The notes under the pieces: model-generated
Seen by the model: only the letters and a program-made list of their open reading frames with translations
Databases searched by the model: none
What the model was told of the DNA's origin: nothing
Position numbers and translations under genes: made by a program
Source of the DNA: Tubulanus polymorphus
Taxonomy: Eukaryota > Animalia > Nemertea
Assembly: GCF_964204645.1 (NCBI RefSeq)
Contig: NC_134028.1
Span: forward strand, 4,464,001 to 4,528,000
DNA: 64,000 bases
Direction of reading: 5' to 3'
In this document: positions 1 through 21,598 of the stretch, piece after piece
Layout: the number at the start of each line of letters is the position of its first letter
Numbering within the stretch: the stretch's first letter is position 1

Positions 1-1014
1 TGATATTTCAATTAGCATGCAGATTATCGATAACATTATTTTGTACTACGTACCTTTGCTAAAGCATTTGTCTGAAGATTTTATTTTGATATATATATGG
101 CGAATACTATATTGTAAATATATTAGTAACGTTAATTTATTTTTCCCTGGTTTTAGGCGTCGGTCAAAGTGTCGATCGTGTATTGTTCAATGTTGAGTAC
201 CATATTGTAATGGATGGCATATACTTGTAGTGCTTTTTCGTTTGGATAATTTTAGATTAATTCAGAGTTTTTAATAAACAGTTGAGATGTAAAGTCGTTC
301 CATCATTGTGGGTTAACTGATTAATGGAAATAGATTAATTGGTAACATAAAAATGAATCATGAAAATTAGCAGTTTTGCGGTTGAAGACTATACGACCAT
401 TTAGCCGACTGAAGAATCATTTACGGTAACTGTACAGCTGTGGTTCTCAGATCATCTGGCTATTCAATCAAAGAATTGTTATTTCAACGATCCTAGAATG
501 TTGGTAGTTTAGAATATTTTTTACTTTTGCTTATTCGTCAGCATATTGTTTATGTCGTATAGCATGAGCTTTTAGTATTTGACACCTCTGTTTTTAAGTT
601 CTCTGTGATAAATAATACTTAAGTTATTGAAGAAAAGTCATTTGATTTTAACGTGTAAAGTCATTTAGTTTTAGTTTGTTAAAATCAGTAAATGAAGTGG
701 ATTTAATAAAAGTGATTTTAAGCATTGATACTAGGGTAGATTATGCTATAGGTTGAAAGTATTATCATTTTTGACGAGTTCTATTCTGTTTTGCTTTTAT
801 AAAAGTGCTTGTAAAACCTGTATCACGTACTAACGATGAATCAATGTCAAATCTGTTGTGAAAGGTGCAGTGACAATGTATTTGGTCCAACCAAAGATGC
901 TTTGATTGTAACGTAATATTATGGTGGTTCTCACTAAGGGTTAGGGTTAGAAAATCGACACGGAAATCATTTGTCTTCAAGGCTTTTTATACTTGTTTGC
1001 CTCGACCACATTTA

Positions 1015-1115
1015 GGGTCAATTTCACAAAAATTTTACACAAAACTGCAATAAAGATCGGAGAAAAACTACCGGTAAACTGAGTTTAGCTTAAACTTTTT
1101 TGTGAACTTGGGCCC
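1015..1115. mobile_element. Degenerate ~100-bp MITE (PIF/Harbinger-like termini)
   Basis: Imperfect terminal inverted repeats GGGTCAATTTCACAAAAA ... TTTTGTGAACTTGGGCCC; TSD not clean. Confidence 0.4.
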
Positions 1116-1809
1116 AAATATCTAATGCACCAGTAATATTGTAATACTGTTCATGAATCTGTAAAGTTTATTTTGAAAATGAAGTGAGAATGCATCTAGT
1201 TCTACAATAACCATTGAATGTTTTTCCCTCCCGACTCGTTACTATAGATGTATAGTAACCTTCATTCATAAACTGTAGTTTTGTGAAGAACTCAAATTTG
1301 TTACTAGATACGTTATATTAACTGCGAAATATGTGTCATGTTGCTTGCGCTATTTGTCACAAAATGTTCGTTGTCTGTACAAGTTGATGATAATTATCAT
1401 GTGATTATATCTTAAATGACAATAAAACAATTTTGATTTAAAACAAAAAGCAGTCGTGTCATTGATGATGCGAATGAAGACATCGCAGGGATGTTTGTAA
1501 ATCATCTTTTCTTATATCCTCAACTCCTTAATGATAGCGTGGTCCTTAAAACTTCTGCTTCCTGGACAAGATATTGCATTGTTTTCCTGGCTTGTGTTGC
1601 TCTTACTAGCTGCGATACATGGTTTTTTTCGGTAAGATTTCATCGAAAGGAAACTCTCCACGAAGAAAACAAAGTGAAAGATATCTGCATATTTCCAAAT
1701 ATATTATAACTCTATATATATTTCAAAACAAAAAACATCAAAAAGCCAACATCGGGTAATGCAACACGCAACAACAAGGACTAGAAACAGTTCAACACAA
1801 ATACTGCAG

Positions 1810-3927
1810 TTACATTTTAAACACGAGATAGTTTCTTAGTGAAAGACCAATCGGCAAAGACTTAACATCATCATTCTGCAGATCTAAACTTCCTTTATAA
1901 CGTATAATTTGATGTCTAATTACATTTCTACACAGACAAAGCAATTTAGGAGGGGTCGATAACAAAAGTTTTGCTCGAATGATAAATTCTTTATCGGTAT
2001 CCGATACGGTATTCAGGTAAAAATTAAACAAACCGGTAACAATCAAAATCGAATACATGATATACAAGTTATCGAAATCGGAATTTTTGACGATGGCCGT
2101 AATGAGGGATTCGGGAAGCTGATAACACTGCAGAGAATAACCGCAGAACATCTGCAGAAGAAACGTAAACGAATACGGATTCGACGCGTACCAATAGAGA
2201 ATGACGTCTTCGTAAATGAGAAAAAACTCCGATACAATTCGCGGCAGCCGTCGACTGACGGTCGTAATAACGGCGTGAATTAGAGTCAGCGTTGAGTGAC
2301 AATGCTTCGACGCGTCGAGATCGATGACAACTCGATATCTATCTCTTAACGAAACGTTACGCAGGAACCAATACTCGACGACGTCCAGCGGGAAGTTCGT
2401 TAACATGTTACGCAATAAGGCGTGATTTCGACTTTCGCAAGCTTGTTCCAGAGCGGCCATGCACGTATTCGGCATTTGTTCGATGTTGATGAATTTATAA
2501 AGCAGTTCGATCATTTCGATGGTGACCGACGAGTTGTGAATCGATTCTCCGTACGACCGAGCGATTATAACCAACGGTTCGCCGATCGGGTTATAAAGTA
2601 TCGAGCTCTCCGACGTGTGAGTGATCGCGTCGTTCTCCAGTAGAACCCGCACCGCTTCCACGTAACCGTTCCTCAACGCGATACCTAAAGGCGTTCCTTT
2701 GATGCAACCGATAGCTTTATGTGCGTTGACGTGAGCGCCGTGATCGATCAGTTTTTTAACGATTTCGATCGGCAGATTCTTGCGAATAGCTTGATGTAAC
2801 GCCGTTAGACCGACTATAGCGATGCCCGTTCCGCCGTCAGCACCGGCATCGAGCAACAGATTGATGATATCGACTTGTCCCGAAATCGTAGCCCAATAAA
2901 GAGCAGACGCGTAATGATCGGCCCCCTTCTCTATCTCGGCTCCGTTTTCTAACAGAAATTTCACCGTTTCTAAATGTCCGCAATTCGCCGCGACGATCAG
3001 AGGAGTGACCGTTCTCGTATTACCCCACTGGTGAAACAAGAATTCGACCTCAGTGTTGACGTCCCAATCGAAGTCTATCAGTAACCGAGCGATTTCCGTG
3101 TTCCCGGCTCGTACAGCGACATGCAACAGATCCGGATGCGTCGCTACGGTTACATCGTCGGTCGACAGAATTTTTTCAAGCGCATGATAATCTCCTAAAA
3201 ACGCGGCCATAGTTGCGGACTCGAAACCGGCGGCGCTGGCGCACGTCGAATCCAATAAATGAGCTGCGGGTTTATTACCGTGGGTGAACGCCGTTTCGAA
3301 CGCTTCGGTCAACGCCGGTAAACTGAATTTCTCCATCAGAAACTGGCAGCCGAACACCAGCTGCATTATAGAGACATCTGCGCACGCGATTCGCAGCATT
3401 TTCTCCGCGTCTCCGAACGGGAAACTTTCATCGACGCGCGTCAACAGTTTTTCGACCAATTCGGTTTTGCGTTCTCTCGCCGCCGATTTCAACGCGCTCG
3501 GTATATTCACGCGGACTCCGTACCGCGACAACAAATCAAACATTCGCGAATATTCCGCGATCGGTTTTTCTTTTTCGAACGTGAATTCGTAATCGAAATT
3601 CTTGAAATCACGGGTCGCGAGGTCTTCGCCGCCGAGTCCCGCGAGCAGCTTCTCGATGACTTCGATCCGTAGAAATTCGATGCAGTATTGAACGCAGTGT
3701 TGTATGATTGAGATCGGTGGTAATTCAATGGTTGTCGTGTAACGTGACATCAGGAATTCGACCATTGCGATCTGATTGGCTCGTACCGCGTAGAATAACG
3801 GAGTTCCGGGAGTCGGTTTATTCAAACTGCAGCCTCCGTTTATCAAACGTTCAACAGCTGTGATGTCTCCCGACTCAACCACAAACAGTAACTGGCCTTC
3901 GAGCAATTTTCTATTCGCGATATCCAT
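1810..3927 (-). CDS. Ankyrin repeat and SOCS box protein (ASB-like), single coding exon, ~705 aa
   Basis: Multiple ankyrin repeats (TPLFYAV, TPLIVAANCGHLETVKFLLENGA, TALHQA, TPLGIA) and a C-terminal SOCS box (PPKLLCLCRNVIR...LPIGLSLRNYL). The start is placed at ATG 3927, just after a TTTCAG acceptor (exon begins 3933); the listed ORF start at 4080 is probably intronic. Confidence 0.88.
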   Translation of the reverse strand: MDIANRKLLEGQLLFVVESGDITAVERLINGGCSLNKPTPGTPLFYAVRANQIAMVEFLMSRYTTTIELPPISIIQHCVQYCIEFLRIEVIEKLLAGLGGEDLATRDFKNFDYEFTFEKEKPIAEYSRMFDLLSRYGVRVNIPSALKSAARERKTELVEKLLTRVDESFPFGDAEKMLRIACADVSIMQLVFGCQFLMEKFSLPALTEAFETAFTHGNKPAAHLLDSTCASAAGFESATMAAFLGDYHALEKILSTDDVTVATHPDLLHVAVRAGNTEIARLLIDFDWDVNTEVEFLFHQWGNTRTVTPLIVAANCGHLETVKFLLENGAEIEKGADHYASALYWATISGQVDIINLLLDAGADGGTGIAIVGLTALHQAIRKNLPIEIVKKLIDHGAHVNAHKAIGCIKGTPLGIALRNGYVEAVRVLLENDAITHTSESSILYNPIGEPLVIIARSYGESIHNSSVTIEMIELLYKFINIEQMPNTCMAALEQACESRNHALLRNMLTNFPLDVVEYWFLRNVSLRDRYRVVIDLDASKHCHSTLTLIHAVITTVSRRLPRIVSEFFLIYEDVILYWYASNPYSFTFLLQMFCGYSLQCYQLPESLITAIVKNSDFDNLYIMYSILIVTGLFNFYLNTVSDTDKEFIIRAKLLLSTPPKLLCLCRNVIRHQIIRYKGSLDLQNDDVKSLPIGLSLRNYLVFKM

Positions 3928-5482
3928 TTCAACCTGAAACATTAATATAATAGAGTCAATCAATGCAACTAGACCAAAACGCCATTTGTTTGGCTTGTTG
4001 GGCTCTGTCAAGCAAAAATATTTGTAACGTACCACGCGTTGTCCACTGCACGTCAAATATCTGTATGGTATTTGGTGCAAGTGTTATTGAAGATTAGGGG
4101 GTTCTGGTTAGGTTAGGTACCTGGTACATATAAACAGATAAACGGAACATCTAAAAAACTGCAGTTGCTCCTCCCCTCTCTCTCTCTGTCTGACTCTTCT
4201 CTGGCAAGCCAAGGCCGGAACAACCACCACCGTTTGGCGTTGCAACTTCCCGCCTGTGTGCTGATTTAGTTAGGGCCAATCTGCATCCATGTTGGCTTTA
4301 GCTCACTAACTCGGCGCTGCCTAACTGAATAAAGCCGAGAAAGTTTTCTAAACCGCGTCCGTAAACCAGTTGATTTACTAAGCCAGATTAACCACACCAA
4401 TCAGCCACCATTTTAACGACAATTCATTCCGCTTATAAATTTACTCGCATGCCGAAGAAGGGATATTGCGGAGTCTTGTTAGTTCACACCTTCACCGCTA
4501 ATGGTATATATAAAGTCAGCACTTGACGGTTCACAACTGACACCACTGGCAGCGGGCCAGGGCACGCCAAACTTCTTGAAATGCTACTGAGAAACTACAA
4601 ACTGCCGCAATTTTGTTTAATTATCATTTTTGTCCATAGAAATTTTGGAACTACAACATGAAAATGTAAAACATGTTGTTGGCCTTACAACTGGAACGGC
4701 GCGATCCTCTATGCCAGTTTACGGAGACTGCGGTGCGACTCAGAGCTTGGTTGGTGCTCGGGCCGCATCAGTGTATACATATGGTGGATTAACAATGCCA
4801 TGGTGAAAATGAAATCTGCATTGTCACTATTTTAAGGTTTACTAACCCAACGTTTGAGCCCATGGGTTTCATCGCCAGCACACCTTCAAGACAACAAATA
4901 TATCACAAGTAAAATCTAGATTGACCAACTGGTTCTTACTGTTCGCACGCGGCCGCGCCGGCGTTAATTCCGGAATGATTTATCGTTACGGCAGCTTTTG
5001 ATAGCTTGACTTTTTTGTCCATTTTATTGGCAATCAATGTAATGCGTCTTATAGTAATTTCCTGAGTTTATTGTGCTTTCTACCGATTTATAACCAACCA
5101 CGTGGCTGTCGACGAGTGTGCCGTGTGGAGCTGACTTGTTTTACATCGGGGGCGACTTATAAACACGAGGAAGTCAGTCGTGCTCATTCGATCGTAGGCT
5201 ATATGATTATTGAAAAATCATTAGTAATTTTACACATATGCCGCCAATATATAATGCATACCGAATGTGGTTCGGTTTCAAAACACATCATTCATGAGGT
5301 CATTTAGACTCGCATTGAAAAGAAATCCAGGCATCGATGCTAGTTTCTGAAGTTGGTTCGATTTAGCATTTTCTTTTCATGACTGCATCTTCTTGTGGTT
5401 TACTCGTGACGTCGTATAGTGAGTCATATTGGCCGTTAAGTACAAATGGTTAAGTGAAGGCCACTGGCAGCCCGTAATGGTG

Positions 5483-8073
5483 TAAAACTAGAAAACTAAC
5501 TTGGAAGTTTATTGAAGCCTTGGAAAATAACGCATATACGGTATTGCCTCATATTGTCGACAATAAAATTTATTGTCGACATTAATAATATAAATAATAA
5601 ATGATATAATATAAAGTATACAATATTAAGGAAAATTTTGGATTTGAAATAGATAATTTAATCTAATTGACGGGCAACCAGTGTAGCCCGATATATTGAT
5701 GACGTAGCGCACATCCTCTCAATAAAAATCATTAGAATTTATCCCAAAAAATCAGGACATCATAACATTTGATTGAAAAATAACCCCCAAAATTTCACAA
5801 TTGTAATTGTTATTTTGAATAATCAGTATTGATGACGTAGTGCACACGACTCACATGATGATTTAGGCATCAATGTCTATATATGGATATGTGTCTTGTA
5901 ACGGATTTTTAGGCGTCCAAAAGAACTTTTGTCAAAACTATTGGTAATTCTCATTGGAGTCTTCTCAGCGCGAGCACTGAATTTCTTTGGGCGTGTGAAA
6001 GCAGAGAGGTTTTCCCACCTCTTTCCACCTCCCCAACCTCCTCGCTGTGAAACCAAACAATCCTAATTAACAGTAAATTTGCGACCGCGTTTCCTGTTGT
6101 TTCTTTCCCCAGCGACCATTATTTTGATACCCGCAATGAAAATGAATGAGATACGTTCAAGTCGCCACGTCGCGTGTGACCGTGGAGGGAGCGAACAAAA
6201 TGAGCGTAGAAAATGGATATGGTCTTTCTTCATAAAAACTCCGATTCTGAAACGAACCTTTCGGTTGTGACAAAGCTGTTTCACCTGCCAGTACGAATTA
6301 GCAGAGAAAAACTGACTGTAGCTACAAATAAACCGGTTTAGTTCCTGAACATAATCACGTCAATCAGAGAAGTTACAGTCATTAGAGACATCCCGGAAAA
6401 TCATGAAATATAGAGAAACACAGTAAACAATGTTCGATACTCTTTATAGCTTCATTTTGAAATTTCATTTAAACCCGAATGGTAAATAAATTTCCTAGTA
6501 GTGAAATCGAAAATTTCCTATTCAAAATTATGAAATAGATTATCACGTGTCTCAGCGGTTGATCGCAGCTCCTCGTTCTATACGCGCGCTCATAGATTCC
6601 ACCGATAACGTCGTGTGTTTTTTTCAGTAGACAACTACTACTACGCGTATTTCCTTAAACTAGACCACTTGCCAATCATCATTCAGTAAACCGATCGCGT
6701 CCGGATAACGATGTTTTTAGACATTATTCTATTAATAATCAATTGGGTAAGTAAATACCTCTTGTTATTACGAAGATTTCCGCTTTGAGGAATGTAATAT
6801 AGTTAGACGAGAAGATACACAATATATCCGTGTATGATGATGACGAGAGAAATCCCACAATAACGAAGCCAAGATTGAAAAATTCTATATCAGAATTCTG
6901 ATATAGAATTTTTCAATCTTGGCTTCGTAATTGTGGGATTTCTCTCGTCATGCAATATAGTATAACGCCAGTTCTTTTTGAGCTGCACTGGCTACCTATC
7001 GAGAAGCGCAGAGTTCAAAACAGTTTTATTGGTTCCTAAAATATTTAATGGCCTTTCCCCTCTGTATATTAAGACCTAGTCGAGATCTACAAATCAAGTA
7101 ATTCGGTTTCATAAAACCTTTTAATAGAAGTTGTTAACGGCTCTAATTTTAGTAGACTTATCAAAATATCTTCAGACTCCTTGCTGGTCTCAGAATAGAT
7201 TATTTTGTTGGTCGTCATGTTTTGTCTTTCAGATTCTATTTTCGTTGACGGTTTCTATGTATGCTTTATCTATTAAGTGATTAATTTATGATGAATAAAT
7301 AATGAATAAATCAAATTAGATGAAATCATTTGTGCCGAAACAACGTTTCAATAGCGACACTAAACGCATAAAACCAAGAATACATATATGTATATTTTTC
7401 ATAACAGTGTAAATATACCTCAAAAGTAAGTGGTAACTCTGGTCATATATAGAATTTATGATGTTTGATTTCATATTTCATGTTTTAGATAATAATTCTT
7501 TTGTTTCATTACCTTTGAAATCTTTGATTAAAGCTTCCATATTCATTTCGAAGATGATTGCTGATATTACTTATCAACTTTTTGAAGGATGATGTCTACG
7601 TCCTTTATATTGTAGAAACGAGTTCATTTCCAAATATTTAGTCGCAAAGTCAAATCTTGACCGGTAACTGGGGAAATGACTCTATGTCTATAAAACAGGG
7701 CTTTTCGTAGTTTTAGTATTTTTTGGATGCCGTAAAGAACGTTACAATAATGTTCATATGCATTGATACCCAGTATGCGTTATTTAAAGGATTCTGTATG
7801 AGTAGATGTGCACTACGTCATCAATATTGGCGTTACAAAATAACAATTACATTTGTGAATTTTAATGAATTGTAATAAGAGCTTTGATAGGATGTGCACT
7901 GCGTCATAAATCGGGCCTAGACTGGTTGCCTGTAATATCCAAATCTAAAATAACTTTATTGATCCATATCATATCATTTATATTATGTTATTCATTCATT
8001 GTCGACAATATTAAGCAATATAAGTGTTATTTTTCAAGGTGTCGTTAAACTTTCAAGTTAGTTTTCTTGTTTA
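5483..8073. repeat. Diverged inverted repeat pair (~5483-5940 and ~7708-8073)
   Basis: Colinear reverse-complement blocks: AGAAAACTAACTTG, ATATTGTCGACAAT, GGCAACCAGT, TGTAATTGTTATTTTG, TATTGATGACGTAGTGCAC. Confidence 0.75.
6840..6951. repeat. 112-bp palindrome with no spacer
   Basis: 56-bp arms centred on CAGAATTCTG (6891-6900), one mismatch. Confidence 0.95.
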
Positions 8074-8872
8074 TCAATAGCATTGAGGCAGCAGCTTCCG
8101 TGATTCAGTGGTTTGCGAGTCAATTGTGGATGTGTGATTCCCGTGGGAGATTATTCACTGCAATCCGCCGATATTCAAATAATACAATTCACACGAATGA
8201 TGTTTTCATTCAGAAACCGTTGCGTTGAATCAGTATTTCCGTTACTGACACTTGTAAATCCCCAGAGAAGTCGTCGTCAACGAACAAATCTATGTTTTCC
8301 ACGCGGACGCATCATGTAAAACCAATAAGGAAACTATAACCCGAAATAGCTGGTGTCAGATGCGTTTTGGCACTTTTAACTTCTCTGCATCGGGTCGATC
8401 TAAACGTTAACTTATAGCTTCCGGCGCTGTGTTTATTTTCTCGCTGCCGTCGAATTAAGATCGAAGATTCTGTCACTTCTGCGGATCATAAATTTGAAAT
8501 ATTTGCCGATCAACGAAACAACCGAGTGAATTTATCGGTTAAAGGAATCACAAATAGCCATTGACGAAACTCCGTGAGTCCGTTTTAAAGGACAATATAA
8601 AAATCCCACAATTTGAAACAATCCGAAATGTTTCCTCTAGCTGATAGTTAATCCTTCTAGTCCACTTAAAGAATACTACTATCTTATTAGGATACATTAA
8701 CGTTTGAAACTTTGAATGAAATATTAGGTCTAGGAAAGATTTCGGAAGTTTTTTCGTTGTTTAATATAGGATTTCATATCAAGGAATCATCAACGTCTTG
8801 ACTAGAAACGTGAGGAAACAACTAGTTATAAATCGAGTCAGTTCGTGTTGAAGTATCTCATATTCGTGAACT

Positions 8873-18842
<9,970 letters not shown>

Positions 18843-19506
18843 CGCTAAAACACGATATTTACTGAATTTTTGATTATCGATCTTTGCCACGCAAATAGCA
18901 AACACTACTTTAACTAGTTCATTGACACAAGACGAGCTGAAATAGTTCTCTACAGTCGACCTCGTTCTTTCAACGAACTTCAGCGGACCCGAATTGTTCG
19001 TAACAACCAATAGTAAAATTGTCCTATTTAGGCCAGAATTCTAGGTTTGTGATAATCGATAAATCGTTCTATCCAAGGCTGTTATAACGAGGTTTCATTG
19101 TATATAAATATCTACAGTTGTGGTTTCGATGTTTCGGGCTAGATTCCTTCTTCTGCCCTTCTTTACGGCATTTTTTTAAACTTATTTACCAAATGCCTAT
19201 ACGTAACTATTCATCTGCGGTTTGTGGTATATTTTATTAAGCCAGCAGCCTTTAGACTGCCATGCGGGTCTACATGTATTACAATCACGAAGCCTTTTTG
19301 ATATTTTCTTCAAATTGACCCTTTCCCTTCCTTAGATCCCTCCAATTCATCCACAAATGGTATGAAACCATCTTAACGAGATATTTTTTTATTAAGTAGA
19401 AATAATAGTCACTAATTCGCGGTCGAATTGCACTGATAACGTTCTACGTAGCCAGATCCAGTTTCAACTTTAATTTACATAAATCATAGTCTCGAAATAA
19501 AATTCA

Positions 19507-19562
19507 GGACCAAGTTCTATAGTTCTTGGTTAGAATTGACTTTGAAATGTGGAACTCGATCC
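19507..19562. mobile_element. Short MITE, GGATCCAGTTCCACAGTT-type TIR family
   Basis: GGACCAAGTTCTATAGTT ... AAATGTGGAACTCGATCC; related copies at ~27193-27302 and ~48324-48402. Confidence 0.5.
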
Positions 19563-19636
19563 ATGTAGACAAAAACTCCATTTGCGTTATCGTCGTTTAT
19601 TCAGGGTAGGTACACTTTTCTCGAAATCGATGAAGT

Positions 19637-20521
19637 TCATTCTCTAATCAGTAAAAAGCTCTCGATTGTCAACGGTAAGATCGGAAACCCGTGACTTTCA
19701 ACTGAATGTTTACGAAAAATATCCTGTATCTGAACTTGCAAATCATCCGATAGATTCTCAATGTTTCGACGCGATAAGAATGTCATTATACCAACACCCA
19801 TTTTACGAATCACAATGTCAGTTTCATTGATAGCAGCTCGAACTGGCATCAGAGATAGATGCGTTAGAATTCCAGACGATTCCTTCCCATGCCAAACGGT
19901 TTTCGTTTTGGCATTGGTTAGGAGCTCTTGAATATCATAAAGACGCACGTGAAATCTAGTGGTCAGATTTTTACGATGAGACCCGAGCAACTTATCGATA
20001 TCTTCTTCTAATTCATTGTGCTTCCCACCAAGCGCCATATCAACGAATGCGCGTCCATGTTTATGGGTGAGTTTGTGCAATCCAAATTCTAACTCGCGAG
20101 CTGGGTCTTCGAAATAATACAACACGTGGGAAAATATCAACAAATCGTAGAAATCGTTCGGTAGATAAGACGGGGCGTTTTTTCTGGTAAAATGTCGCTG
20201 ATACAGTTTATACTTGAAGTTGTACTTACTAGCGAGTAAACTCATACGAGGCTGCAATTCTATCATCATAACACTGTTTGGTTCGACACAGTCCAAGCAA
20301 TCTACATTTACATCATCGCCGACTACGCCAAAAGTTTCGTCTAATAGCTTTCCGTGACCTGCACCAATCGCCAGCACCCGTAATCCTCTGACAGGATCAT
20401 CTTTAGGTATATCAGTATTACATATACGGAATACCTCGGCCAACCTCTTGGCTCCCGTAATACCATGGGTCATGTTACATCGCAATGAATGGAAAGCGTC
20501 GCTGTAGTCCAAGTCATTCAT
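19637..20521 (-). CDS. Class I SAM-dependent methyltransferase, histamine N-methyltransferase-like, intronless, 294 aa
   Basis: Motif I VLAIGAGHG, post-I DCVEPN and YDLLIFSHVLYY resemble HNMT-family motifs; length matches the family. Confidence 0.8.
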   Translation of the reverse strand: MNDLDYSDAFHSLRCNMTHGITGAKRLAEVFRICNTDIPKDDPVRGLRVLAIGAGHGKLLDETFGVVGDDVNVDCLDCVEPNSVMMIELQPRMSLLASKYNFKYKLYQRHFTRKNAPSYLPNDFYDLLIFSHVLYYFEDPARELEFGLHKLTHKHGRAFVDMALGGKHNELEEDIDKLLGSHRKNLTTRFHVRLYDIQELLTNAKTKTVWHGKESSGILTHLSLMPVRAAINETDIVIRKMGVGIMTFLSRRNIENLSDDLQVQIQDIFRKHSVESHGFPILPLTIESFLLIRE

Positions 20522-21598
20522 ATTGCCTGTTCACTTAGGCCTATACCCTTCTCCTCAGAACTGAGACGTTTTTATGACAGCGAAGACCAACTTTCTTAAA
20601 ATGTCTTAAAATCTTTATATAACATTGACCCAATTCATTGACAATATATTGCCAGACTTTAAAATAGGTCACCCGAGATTGAATTTTTGAACTTCGTATT
20701 TCTTCTGTAGAATCGTAATATTGAAAATCAACAAAGAGTTATGTTAACGTAATTAGTGGCCAATTAACCTCAATTCACATCAAATATGGATTTCTATCAA
20801 ACTGTGTGGAGATAGATTAGACCCATGATGAAGGCGACAAGTAAATGATCAATGTAAAATCATTAATGTCGTCTCTTTGTCTATTTTTCATCATCAGAGA
20901 AATCTGAATGTATTGATTCTTGTCCGATAACTGTAAGGGTTCGAATCACTAAACCTCGAATCATAACAACTGATCCCCCTATCTTGTGATGGGCGAACAT
21001 AGTTTTCCTAACTAGTCGACTAGTGTTCGTAACTAATATAATCGAACGCACTTTCGGTCTTAACGCATTTCACAGAGTCGGCCCTTGGAAAGGTCCGAAC
21101 TATAGCTACCTAGCTCAATCCCGTGGTTCGATATTTCCGACTAATTGACATTCGGTTTTATTTAGTTGGCGAAAAGTCGAATGAAAACCCCGCTAATCGA
21201 AGTTCAGCCAGGCGGCAAATTCTATCGGCGAATCAATTGTGTTCCGCGTACTCGATTCAGCAACTCGCAATAGCAAAAACGACTCTGCGCGAATCCCAAT
21301 GGTTTATAAGCTTTTGTAATATTAATGATGGCGATAATGATAGAGTTACTGCGGTGGAAATATCTAACAATAGATTCTTCATCTACTTTAGTTTCCCGTC
21401 GTATTTTAACGATCTCAAAATAAAATTTTTATGCTTTCGTCCTTGTCGCACACAACGTTAGAATATCAACAGTCAGTAGTGTCACTAAAACACGTTTTAG
21501 ACTCCAATATAGTACTTGAACCGTTACAACGTGATGTAGCGATGCGGAGAATGAGTTTCGTATTTTGCAGTGATAATTGATAACAAGAAAAAAAGAAC

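Noticed and set aside
1-1440. Coding gene at the window start
   Set aside because: AT-rich with no credible ORF; it looks like the 3' UTR of an upstream plus-strand gene (AATAAA at 1421), which cannot be confirmed here.
3928-4080. N-terminal 51 aa of the listed 756-aa ORF
   Set aside because: Non-ATG start and a splice acceptor at 3934-3936 indicate intron read-through.
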